64,000 nt of DNA, taken from contig CAWDNU010000004.1 in NCBI GenBank assembly GCA_963803705.1, positions 800,001 to 864,000 of the forward strand. Reading direction: 5' to 3'. Positions 20,241 through 29,389 of this stretch are shown here, in pieces. A program made the translations under genes and the position numbers. The stretch is from an uncultured Pseudobdellovibrionaceae bacterium. Lineage in GTDB: Bacteria > Bdellovibrionota > Bdellovibrionia > Bdellovibrionales > UBA1609. Every line of letters starts with the position of its first letter. Position 1 is the first letter of the stretch. Below the pieces are notes generated by a model that worked only from the letters and a program-made list of their open reading frames with translations, did not search any database and was not told the DNA's origin.

Positions 20241-23200
20241 TTACACTGCATTTGAATGCCCACTAACAGTGATTAATTTTCCGTCAGCTAAATAAAGTAT
20301 ATGAGTTTGTATCTTTACATCTGGATATTTTTTCTCCAAAACCTGTTTATAAATACCTAACTGTATGGCCGCTTTATTTTGGTAAACGCTACGACCAGTT
20401 TTATAATCCAATACATGTAGTATGCCCTCAGCGTCGAAACCCCAAAGATCTATCTGCCCAGAAATTAAAACTCCTTTAGTTATTGATGAGTTAAACCCCC
20501 ACTCCACGTTGCAATTTCTAAATAACTCTTTGAAGTTAGGTTGATCCAACTTCATCAATGATCCAACAACTTTTGAAAGCCCGCTTAACTCACCAAAATA
20601 GGTTTTATTAAACTTAAGCATAAGATCTTTTTCAGAAACACCCTTACCATAGAGCTCTAGGTATTTATGAAATAAATCACCAATCATCTTCTTTTCAAAT
20701 CCACGCAAACTATTCTTGATTTTAAAACCTTCAAAAGCTACTTCATTTAGAACTCGATATTTCGAATAACTAGTTTCTTTCATTCTTTGGCTCACCAGCC
20801 TAGTGACACTTATATTGTCCAGCTTGTTGCTTTTGCTGCCCATTTCACTTTTTTCAATCTTATTGTAAAAAACGGCATCAAACGGCTTAGCAAAAAGTAG
20901 AAGTTCATTTTGATAGCTTTTGAAATCCCAATTTCTTGCACCATAATTCTCTTCGTTTTTTTCACTTGCATAGTCCATGAGGTCAACCCAATCAAACGCT
21001 GATTTCTGATCAAGCTTCAGATTTTTAAAAATCGAGTTGTCACCCAACCTTGTTTGTCCATACAAATGTAAATTTTTTCTAGCACGTGTTGCCGCCACAT
21101 ATATTTGCCTTAGCGTTTCTTGGCGTTCGCTATCAACTCTAAAAGTTTTTGTTTTGACAAGCAATGGTCCAGATATTTTTTCATTTTTGTTCACGTCGGT
21201 AAATGGTGTCACAAATTGGCCGCTCTCTTCTACTTCGACGGCCTCCGTGTATGTTAAGTTACCCTTCCTATGACATCCAACGACAATAACTTCGTCAAAC
21301 TCAAGACCTTTGGAACCATGAATTGTCATTAGTTTTACGCCAGAGGTTGAAGATGAAAATACTGCCTCAGAATTTGTAGACTTTATATTCTTTGAAAGGA
21401 TAGACTTAAGAGAATCGACTAAAGTTAAGCTATCTGAACTTTCACTAACGATTTCAGCGAAAAGTTTATGTATATTTGAATGCTTACGGTTTAAATCCAT
21501 TTCGCTTTTTGCCAAGTTCAAAATGTTAGATTGTAAAAGATAGTGTTCGAAAGCAGCTACAATCCCACGCTCCTTATAAATGCCAATATAATCCCTTAGA
21601 TCCGTCATCCAATCCAAATTCTGACATGTTTCAGAATTAGTAAAAACCCAAAGTGACCAACTTTTTGCTGCCTTATAATCACGAAAGAGAGTTGCAATTT
21701 CATCGTCAGTTACTTTAAAGGCATTAGATTTTAAAACTGCGTGAAAGTTCAGATCGTTATCTGGATTTTCTAAGAAAGACAAAAATATAAGGCATTGTCT
21801 GATCTCCATCCGATTCTCTAAATTTCCAGAAATTAATAATACAGATGGGATTTTCGCTTTTTGAAGTTCAGTTTCAAATTGATATAATAAAGATTTTGTT
21901 CTAGCAAGAATACAGATCTCGTTTAAGCGAACCCCACTTTTAATTCTATTTTCGATCAATTGAATAACTTGTTGTTTTTCTAAATCATCAGATAAATTGT
22001 GATTTATAAAGATTCGATTACTAGTTTTCTCATTCACCTTAGATGCACCGGAATCTTCTTTTGAAGCGTGCATCGGATTAAAGTTTTTAGAATCAATATG
22101 TTCAAATAACTCGTTGATTCCCATCAGTAAGTTTTTTTCAGATCTGTAATTTGTTCGCAAATAGTCCACTGAAATGTTGTGGCTCTTTTCAGCTAATTTA
22201 AACTCCTCTTGGTAGATAGACGATTTTGCTCCCCTAAATAGGTAAATACTTTGCTGAGGGTCGCCGACCTTAAAGAAAGAAGTCTCTTCCAACAGAATAT
22301 CAAATATTTCTTTTTGAACAGTGTTGGTGTCCTGGTATTCATCTATGTAATAATAATCCCATTGCTTAATAAAGTCTTGGCAGGAGTCCCTATGGTTTTT
22401 TAAAAGCTCCAAGGTTAAAGGCTCTATATCTGCCAACTCTATGAGTGAAGATTTTTTTTTGTAATCCAATAATTTTTTTCTAAATGACTTTTCGATGTTA
22501 AGAATATCGGACGAATAGTTAGACAGAGTCTCAAAACTAGATCTGTCATAAACCTTCAAATAGTTTTTTTCTAGATCACTCTTCAAAGAATTTCGAAACT
22601 GCCATATTGTTTCCCAGATGTTCTGAGCTTCGAAATCTTTTAGTTTGAATCTGGGTTTTGTGAACGGGTATTCTTGAAAAAAATTAAATACAGGTAGATA
22701 GTCATTAGCGTTCACAGAGTCTAATAGAGATTTCTTTAAAGATTTTAAATATTCAAACGCAAGGTCAGCTTTTTTTATGCCTGCTAGATTTTCTAGGGTA
22801 ATTTTTTCAAGATTTACATTTAGTTTACTATAAGAATCCGTGATCAATTCTAGCAGGATTTTATTTTGACACTCAACAGTTACTGGCTTTAACTCTATCT
22901 CCTTTCTCTTGCCAATAAAGGCAACGATACCAGCTAAAGAATTAAACCCATAAACCGACAAAATCGCTTTATGATTTGTACGTATAACATCATACAAAAT
23001 TCTTTTCTGTTGAAATTGCAGACTCTCAGAGTTTACAACCTTTAAGTCTTGGGTAAAGCCAAGGTGATTGAATTTGCTTCTCAAAAGCTGTAAACACAAA
23101 CTGTGAATCGTGCCAACATTTAGGTGGTTGGAATAAGCAAAGTCAAATATTTCAGGATCATTGAAAGACTGATATAATACTGACACACGATCCTGGATTT

Positions 23201-23381
23201 CACTAGCAGCCTTTTTAGTAAAGGTTGTACCAACAATCCTTGGCCATTTTCCATACGTTTTTTTGTGAGCTAAGAAGTTTTCGACGATATGATTCACCAA
23301 GCGAGTGGTTTTTCCCGCTCCGGCTCCCGCCATTACCATAAAACTGCTATCGCTTAACAACTCAAAGTTTTTTTTGTCCAT
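20241..23381 (-). CDS. addA: AddA-type helicase/nuclease
   Basis: AGAGAGKT, IDEYQDT, VGDPQQSIYLFRGA, MTIHGSKGLEF, YVAATRA; C-terminal GQIDL...LDYKTG nuclease. Confidence 0.88.
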   Translation of the reverse strand: MDKKNFELLSDSSFMVMAGAGAGKTTRLVNHIVENFLAHKKTYGKWPRIVGTTFTKKAASEIQDRVSVLYQSFNDPEIFDFAYSNHLNVGTIHSLCLQLLRSKFNHLGFTQDLKVVNSESLQFQQKRILYDVIRTNHKAILSVYGFNSLAGIVAFIGKRKEIELKPVTVECQNKILLELITDSYSKLNVNLEKITLENLAGIKKADLAFEYLKSLKKSLLDSVNANDYLPVFNFFQEYPFTKPRFKLKDFEAQNIWETIWQFRNSLKSDLEKNYLKVYDRSSFETLSNYSSDILNIEKSFRKKLLDYKKKSSLIELADIEPLTLELLKNHRDSCQDFIKQWDYYYIDEYQDTNTVQKEIFDILLEETSFFKVGDPQQSIYLFRGAKSSIYQEEFKLAEKSHNISVDYLRTNYRSEKNLLMGINELFEHIDSKNFNPMHASKEDSGASKVNEKTSNRIFINHNLSDDLEKQQVIQLIENRIKSGVRLNEICILARTKSLLYQFETELQKAKIPSVLLISGNLENRMEIRQCLIFLSFLENPDNDLNFHAVLKSNAFKVTDDEIATLFRDYKAAKSWSLWVFTNSETCQNLDWMTDLRDYIGIYKERGIVAAFEHYLLQSNILNLAKSEMDLNRKHSNIHKLFAEIVSESSDSLTLVDSLKSILSKNIKSTNSEAVFSSSTSGVKLMTIHGSKGLEFDEVIVVGCHRKGNLTYTEAVEVEESGQFVTPFTDVNKNEKISGPLLVKTKTFRVDSERQETLRQIYVAATRARKNLHLYGQTRLGDNSIFKNLKLDQKSAFDWVDLMDYASEKNEENYGARNWDFKSYQNELLLFAKPFDAVFYNKIEKSEMGSKSNKLDNISVTRLVSQRMKETSYSKYRVLNEVAFEGFKIKNSLRGFEKKMIGDLFHKYLELYGKGVSEKDLMLKFNKTYFGELSGLSKVVGSLMKLDQPNFKELFRNCNVEWGFNSSITKGVLISGQIDLWGFDAEGILHVLDYKTGRSVYQNKAAIQLGIYKQVLEKKYPDVKIQTHILYLADGKLITVSGHSNAV

Positions 23382-23387
23382 AAAACC

Positions 23388-26111
23388 TCAGTAAAGATGG
23401 CTAGCGTGACAGGTATCTTTCCAATCACATTTAGTACAATACTCCTGCTCAATAGGCGCTGGAGAAAAATTAGCGTCACCAATCAACTGAACAGACGCTT
23501 TAAGTAGCTCTCTGAATCTATTTAGCTCTTTTTTCAAAGCCTCTGGGTCCGGCTGTGAGTTAGATTTATTTAAAAACATACCTAAATTAAATTTAGAATC
23601 CTTATACTTGATCGACAGCCCATTTTTGAACTTAAAGCTTTGATTAATAGCGATGTAGGACAGCTGACTTAATTCGCCCTGTAAGGGCAAAACCCCATCA
23701 ATAAACATAAGGCCATAGATTGGCATCTGAACAAGGTAGTTTTTCTTCCAATCGTTCAAAGATTTTCCATCAGAAAGCTTATAGTCTAGAATGTATATTT
23801 TTTCGTCAATGACGTCTATACGGTCGATCTTTCCAATAAATTTTATATCATTTTCTGACATGCGCTTTTTACTGAAAATGCCATTTTTTTCGTTGAAATA
23901 ACAAGAACTGTCTAACTCTCTAAATCTAGTTACTCTTTGTTGCTCATTCTTAAGCTTTATATCAAATAGAATATAATCGGCTACTTTAGAAGAACTTGCT
24001 CTCATTTGTTCCTCAATAATATCTGTATCAGCCCAGTGAGAATAAGTTTTAGAAAGATCTAATTTTATAAACTGAGTAATTTTATTTTCATTGATGCTAC
24101 TGTCATCTACGAATTTTTCTAAGACATTATGAAACACTTTGCCCCTAATCATACCGCTTGGCTCTAGGTCTAAATCCTCTAAGTGCTTTACTCCTAACAC
24201 GTATTCGCAGTAATAAGTGTAGGGACAATTAATGTATTTTTGAACTGAAGAAGCGGATTGGTAATCACGAGTAAAATTTTTATAACTTTGTTTACTAATA
24301 TTGATGTCCGATACATTAAGCTTACCAGCAGTTTCAAACTTTAAAATTTTTCTATCTCTGTGATCGACTACTGTACAATGCTTATCTTGATATAATTGAT
24401 TTAAAAACTTAGCATCATTTTCTTTGTCAGACTGTATAGAATATAGCGAAGATATAAAATGTATCTCAGGTCTGCTTTCGAACTTGGTCAAATTGATAAA
24501 GTCGTCGTAAAACTGTTCTGAAAATTCTTTGCTTTCAAAGTTAAAACCAAGGTCAGACTTTAGCTTATCTATCTCTAGATTTGACAGGTAAGCGTAATTT
24601 GAACTCTCATAGTTTTGCTGGCTACAACCCAATATAAAATATTTGTAATCGCTGCGAAACTCCACATCTTCAAAAAATTGTATTGGTAGCTTTGTTCTGG
24701 TTAATTCGAGTTCAGTTTTATTTTGAATTAGTGCCTGTAAATACAAAAACCAATTTTCAATGGATAGCTCTATAAAAACTGGTATTTTAGAAATTAAACT
24801 GCTGGTCCAGTCAAACACCATACTCTTTAGGTTTTCGGTATTTGGCTTTTCTATTTTGGAATCAGTGAAAGATTTCTCTACCTTAATCAAAAACTGATGG
24901 TAGTTGATTTTGTTACCTAAGCTTATATCTTCAGTTTGAAAATAACTGTTTAACCCAGTCAACCCTTCTTCGGTATGACTATCTAATTTTTCATTTATCA
25001 ATAGATCATGTTTAATTTGACTAGGATCAAAAACCAATGATGTATGCTTCATAAATTCATCGTTACTTTTGAAGCGGTTTTTAAATCCTTCTAAAACATT
25101 TTGCACGTCCGTAGACTCAGATTCATTCTTTTTTATTCTGAAAGTCTTTAAGACATCTTCTGTAAAGACACGAAGGGTATGAAAATTAATTTTATCTGTG
25201 CCTTCTTCTTTATCGCTTTCAAGATCAAAATAAAAGCTTAGGAAAAGCTCTAGACATTTGACGTATTCGACTTTTTTTCTAGGTATAACAATTTTGATTT
25301 TTTCAAAATTCGTGCTCTCTTTGAAAATCAACTCGCCCAAAAGCTCAATTTCATCTAACGCGGTTGTGACCTTGTGCCAATGGAAATGGTCAGTGCTTCC
25401 GGTATCATTTCTTGTATTTGCAAAATTGGCATCAATCGACGGATCCGAGTTAATGTTAGAATCAATACTAATATTATTTCTCAGCAAGTTCACGTTCCAG
25501 TGATGACCCATCTCTTCAAAAAAATCTAACTCAATTTTCTTAAGGGAATTCGGTTTATATATCACAATATCAATATCCTGCTGGGATAGCTTTTCTACAT
25601 TCTTATAGAGCCAACCCAGTGACCATTGGTTGATCATGTAGGGCGACGATAGAACCATGTCCCAGACTTTAGTCATCATAGGATACATTTCTGTGTAAAT
25701 ATTTTTGAAAATTTCGTCTTCGGCCAAGTACTCTTCGAAAATAGATCTATACTTTTGTTGTGCTAAAATAGGAGCATAAACACTAATATATTCCACTGAT
25801 TTTTCAATCATGTATAAATCCGAATTTGGTAGACCCAGTCGATCAAATTCTTGCCTTAGAAAATTTTGAAAAAGTTTTTTATCTAAAAATTCTATTTCAG
25901 GCTGCAAGTTTTGAACTAAAGTCGTAAAGAATTCACTTAATCTCAAGACTAATGTGTCAGGCACAGTTCCTAACTTCAAAGCTAAACTATCTACCAATCT
26001 CTTCTTGGAATCCAAATTCGGCGCGATTATTACTAATTTATCCGTATTAAATTGAGATATAAAATCTAAATCATCTTCAGAAGAGATAAAAAGAGTTTCA
26101 TTAAGAGACAT
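23388..26111 (-). CDS. addB: AddB-type PD-(D/E)XK nuclease with Fe-S cysteines
   Basis: YINCPY, GKIDRID, LDYK, CTKCDWKDTC; adjacent to addA. Confidence 0.82.
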   Translation of the reverse strand: MSLNETLFISSEDDLDFISQFNTDKLVIIAPNLDSKKRLVDSLALKLGTVPDTLVLRLSEFFTTLVQNLQPEIEFLDKKLFQNFLRQEFDRLGLPNSDLYMIEKSVEYISVYAPILAQQKYRSIFEEYLAEDEIFKNIYTEMYPMMTKVWDMVLSSPYMINQWSLGWLYKNVEKLSQQDIDIVIYKPNSLKKIELDFFEEMGHHWNVNLLRNNISIDSNINSDPSIDANFANTRNDTGSTDHFHWHKVTTALDEIELLGELIFKESTNFEKIKIVIPRKKVEYVKCLELFLSFYFDLESDKEEGTDKINFHTLRVFTEDVLKTFRIKKNESESTDVQNVLEGFKNRFKSNDEFMKHTSLVFDPSQIKHDLLINEKLDSHTEEGLTGLNSYFQTEDISLGNKINYHQFLIKVEKSFTDSKIEKPNTENLKSMVFDWTSSLISKIPVFIELSIENWFLYLQALIQNKTELELTRTKLPIQFFEDVEFRSDYKYFILGCSQQNYESSNYAYLSNLEIDKLKSDLGFNFESKEFSEQFYDDFINLTKFESRPEIHFISSLYSIQSDKENDAKFLNQLYQDKHCTVVDHRDRKILKFETAGKLNVSDINISKQSYKNFTRDYQSASSVQKYINCPYTYYCEYVLGVKHLEDLDLEPSGMIRGKVFHNVLEKFVDDSSINENKITQFIKLDLSKTYSHWADTDIIEEQMRASSSKVADYILFDIKLKNEQQRVTRFRELDSSCYFNEKNGIFSKKRMSENDIKFIGKIDRIDVIDEKIYILDYKLSDGKSLNDWKKNYLVQMPIYGLMFIDGVLPLQGELSQLSYIAINQSFKFKNGLSIKYKDSKFNLGMFLNKSNSQPDPEALKKELNRFRELLKASVQLIGDANFSPAPIEQEYCTKCDWKDTCHASHLY

Positions 26112-26196
26112 TCTTTACCTTAGAACGACTTTCTGTCTTTTCAAACACTTAACATATGTTTCAATACAATAATTTCGTTTTTTTAAAATAACACTG

Positions 26197-26224
26197 TTAA
26201 GACATACAGAACTTGTGACGATAA
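26197..26224 (+). promoter_or_regulatory. sigma28 (FliA)-type promoter
   Basis: TTAAG-N15-GACGATAA, ending 8 nt before the ATG at 26233. Confidence 0.65.
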
Positions 26225-26232
26225 CTTTTCTG

Positions 26233-26979
26233 ATGTGGCCAAACAAAGAAAAACTTTTAATTGTATCTTATAATCAGCATTTTATGAGCGAGTTTAGCTC
26301 TGAACTTTCCACTGATTTTGATATCCAACGAGCGAATTCAGAACAAGTTGCCTTTTTTTTAATTCGTGAAGCAAATATCAGATTAGTCATAATAGACTTT
26401 GACACTCCGATCGGAAATGTAGTTCAAACTTTAAGAAAATCTTTTGGCTACAACATTGCACTTATTGGTTATGGCCAATCCTCTAAAAGTGTCTTGGAAA
26501 ATGCTTTCCGGGCAGGTTGCGATTATTATGACACCAGAGACGCTTCAAATTCTTTAAAGTTAAAACTGACTCTGTTTGGTTTTAAGAAACGGCTTGATAG
26601 AACTCAAGCCATCAACCAAAGACAATCTGAGACCCGAAAGGATACACGGGCTCGTATAAATTTAGGACCTATAGAAATATTTCCTAACGACTATCTCGTA
26701 CAGTGTAATGGAAGTTCACTAAAAACCACTCCTATACAATTTAAGCTTATCTTATCGTTTGTGACTCGACCAGACGAGCTCTTAACAAGACAGTGGCTCC
26801 AGGAAAACATATGGGACGATCACCCAATTTCTCATCGATCAATTGATGCTCATATATCCAAGCTAAAAAAAACGCTTCCAGAACTAAGCCCATCTCTAAT
26901 AAATATTTATGGTAAGGGATATATGCTAAGCTCTGCGACCTTATTAGAGTTTGGTGACACTCTGAAAAAGTCTGCTTAG
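26233..26979 (+). CDS. OmpR-family response regulator with an atypical receiver
   Basis: C-terminal winged helix (RSIDAHISKLKK, IYGKGY); receiver lacks the N-terminal acidic pair (VSYN) and the KP motif; ATG 26233 preferred because the GTG at 26215 lies inside the promoter. Confidence 0.8.
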   Translation: MWPNKEKLLIVSYNQHFMSEFSSELSTDFDIQRANSEQVAFFLIREANIRLVIIDFDTPIGNVVQTLRKSFGYNIALIGYGQSSKSVLENAFRAGCDYYDTRDASNSLKLKLTLFGFKKRLDRTQAINQRQSETRKDTRARINLGPIEIFPNDYLVQCNGSSLKTTPIQFKLILSFVTRPDELLTRQWLQENIWDDHPISHRSIDAHISKLKKTLPELSPSLINIYGKGYMLSSATLLEFGDTLKKSA

Positions 26980-27005
26980 AAGAAGTACCTTCTAATTAGT
27001 AAACG

Positions 27006-27071
27006 TTTAGGTTTAGGTTTAGGTTTAGGTTTAGGTTTAGGTTTAGGTTTAGATTTAAATTTAAATTTAGG
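27006..27071. repeat. (TTTAGG)7 followed by 4 further units, 3 of them degenerate
   Basis: Read directly; lies between convergent genes. Confidence 0.95.
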
Positions 27072-27156
27072 CGGTTCTGTGCAAAGTTTGCTCTGAGACC
27101 TACTCACTTCTGTAAAAAGCAATAGATTCTATATTGCCCCTTATCAAAAAAATTTT

Positions 27157-28314
27157 TTATTTATAGCAAAGGTAACTAAACGACGCCGTCTGGTCAGGTC
27201 GAAGTGATGGAATAAATATTACTGATTTTTCATCACTGCTTAGCCTACAAGTTACGCCTGCTGGACAGCTTTCAACACTAAATGTGTCAGGCTCTGGAGT
27301 ACAGTCTAAATCTTTTTTAGCTATCAATCTGTTTGAATCCTGGGCTAAAATATTTACCATGCTGCCAATCTGAGACACATAGTTGTTGCTACAAATACTT
27401 CCCACCGTGCCTTGTAGCATTTTTCCTGGCGCATAAGACAACAGATTTCTTGTTGGATCTAGCCTGGACAAATAAGTAGGATTAGATAGGCTTCGGTAAA
27501 ATGTACCTACTCTACCCAATATATTTTCATTTCCAATTTGATAATTTTGTTTTGACAGGCAACTTGGATCAAGCACTTCTTCGACGATAATAGCGTGTGA
27601 ACTCATGGTATGCGATGCACCCAGGCCCTCAAAAACGCTAGTTATTAATGACTCTGGGTAATCTCCATATTCAGGTTGAAGTTCCGGCCTGTTTTTAGGG
27701 TTTTTCAAAGCATTACCACGAACGTCCTCGTCTGTTAAAAAAACAAAAGCCACATGACTGCCAGCTCTAAAAAAATCTGTATTTTTTCTTAGGGCTAAAT
27801 TTGCAGCCATAATACCGCGCTCGTCACTTGATGGACATTTGGCCACTTCAAAATTGGAAGCCTCGCAGTCTAAAGTTTCTTGGCGACGTATCGTCTGCCC
27901 AAATTGTCTTTGTATATTTGCTGAATTTTTATCGAGAAACTTATTACCATCAGGAAAACTAATAAAATTACCATCCTGTAAGGCTCCTGCGGGTAGGCCA
28001 TTTAAAGCTTTTCTCTTATTAACGGATGAAACAACATCTGTCGTTGTAATGGCTATTCTATAATCTAACTTATTTAAAAGCAGACCATCCAACAAATTAT
28101 AAAACGCTTCTGCTAATTTTACTTGCTCTACATACATCGAGCCTGAATTATCAACCACAAATAAGATATCAATTTTACTAACACCAACTTCTTGTTCGAC
28201 CTTGCTAGGTGGAGTCTGGCTAAACTCTGTATCTGAACACGCAATCAAAAAGCCAAATATTGTAAAAACAGCCAGCTTTAATGAAAGTAGACTTAGTATT
28301 TTCCCCTGTTTCAT
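27157..28314 (-). CDS. VWA/MIDAS-domain lipoprotein
   Basis: LIAC lipobox, IDILFVVDNSGSM (DxSxS), VFLTDED; GGAGG RBS favours the ATG at 28314. Confidence 0.75.
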   Translation of the reverse strand: MKQGKILSLLSLKLAVFTIFGFLIACSDTEFSQTPPSKVEQEVGVSKIDILFVVDNSGSMYVEQVKLAEAFYNLLDGLLLNKLDYRIAITTTDVVSSVNKRKALNGLPAGALQDGNFISFPDGNKFLDKNSANIQRQFGQTIRRQETLDCEASNFEVAKCPSSDERGIMAANLALRKNTDFFRAGSHVAFVFLTDEDVRGNALKNPKNRPELQPEYGDYPESLITSVFEGLGASHTMSSHAIIVEEVLDPSCLSKQNYQIGNENILGRVGTFYRSLSNPTYLSRLDPTRNLLSYAPGKMLQGTVGSICSNNYVSQIGSMVNILAQDSNRLIAKKDLDCTPEPDTFSVESCPAGVTCRLSSDEKSVIFIPSLRPDQTASFSYLCYK

Positions 28315-28336
28315 AAGAAACCTCCACACTACTTAT

Positions 28337-28352
28337 TACAACTCTTGTGCCG
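28337..28352 (-). promoter_or_regulatory. Possible sigma54 promoter
   Basis: Minus strand CGGCACAAGAGTTGTA (GG-N10-GT variant). Confidence 0.45.
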
Positions 28353-28552
28353 TCAAATAATAGACAGTTCAAAACATAAACTACTATAATTACTAGGCTT
28401 TATCATGCACACCCCCATCCAACTCAATACAGGAAGTGTCTATGAAAGAGACGTTAATGACAATCTACGGCCCAAAGCTTTCCCTTTAATTCCGCACTTA
28501 TCTAAATTCTTTGGACAATCCCTTCGAAATTGTAATCGCTTTATAAACGCTT

Positions 28553-29104
28553 TTGAACGTACATTTGAGCGTGCTTTCACTGGTGAAATTGAATCGGGTA
28601 ACACTAAGCATTGCAAATTACTTATTTTTTCACTGTAATGGATTAATGATAAAGCAAAAAATGATTGGATTTCTTTTTGTTGCGGTGGCGTTCTTCGGTG
28701 CTCTAGGAATTTACTTAGAGGATTTGAAAACAGATTTTTTACCAAATGATTCGAATAGGGTCGAAAGCAACAACATTTCGCAGAAAAAAGACTTGGTGAT
28801 AAATCAAGTTTGGAGAAGTGATTTCAAGAAACTTATAAAAAAAGGTTTAGTTCCTAAGGCTTGGACCAAAATAAGTCAGGTCGTATTTTTACCGACCGAC
28901 GTGTTAACTAAAGAGCTTATGTTATACCTTCAAGCTCCTGTAAAAATTAATAAGAATGGGCCTTATAGGCTAGAAGTTTCAATAATGTCGCACAAGTCGG
29001 AAAAAAACGAAGCTCAACTTTTGTTACAGCACAACATAATTGACACTGAAAATGAAAACACTTTGTGGGAAATGAATCGCACATACCCGTTGTACTCAAA
29101 GTGA
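28553..29104 (+). CDS. Hypothetical membrane-anchored protein
   Basis: Single TM (MIGFLFVAVAFFGALGIYL); true start probably near 28646-28661. Confidence 0.6.
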   Translation: MNVHLSVLSLVKLNRVTLSIANYLFFHCNGLMIKQKMIGFLFVAVAFFGALGIYLEDLKTDFLPNDSNRVESNNISQKKDLVINQVWRSDFKKLIKKGLVPKAWTKISQVVFLPTDVLTKELMLYLQAPVKINKNGPYRLEVSIMSHKSEKNEAQLLLQHNIIDTENENTLWEMNRTYPLYSK

Positions 29105-29196
29105 AACATTTAAGATGTATTTAAGGCGAATTGTATATGATCTATTCGAGGCGAGGTGTGTAAGGTGTATTCAAGAAGATGCTCGATTATTGATTC

Positions 29197-29226
29197 TAGG
29201 ACCTGAGGAAGATTCATCTAGGTTTT
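29197..29226 (+). repeat. Solo terminal repeat of the 37313 MITE family
   Basis: TAGGACCTGAGGAAGATTCATCTAGGTTTT, 28/30 identical to 37313-37342. Confidence 0.85.
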
Positions 29227-29355
29227 TCGGCTATTTACCCGACATACTATGATTCTAAAATTTATTTTTATTGAAATCAGTGATATTAATTTAGGCAGCT
29301 ATAATATACGTTCTTATACAAATTTATCAAATTGCTACATACATAGCTTTTATTT

Positions 29356-29383
29356 TAAACTATGCGCTACCAATTGCCGATAA
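29356..29383 (+). promoter_or_regulatory. sigma28 (FliA)-type promoter
   Basis: TAAA-N16-GCCGATAA (consensus -10), ending 6 nt before the ATG at 29390. Confidence 0.7.
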
Positions 29384-29389
29384 TTTGAC

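Noticed and set aside
20241..26111. Helicase-nuclease pair as a novel defence system
   Set aside because: Motifs, Fe-S cysteines and gene order fit housekeeping AddAB.
27006..27071. Eukaryotic telomere contamination or chromosome end
   Set aside because: The array is short, degenerate and embedded between intact bacterial genes.
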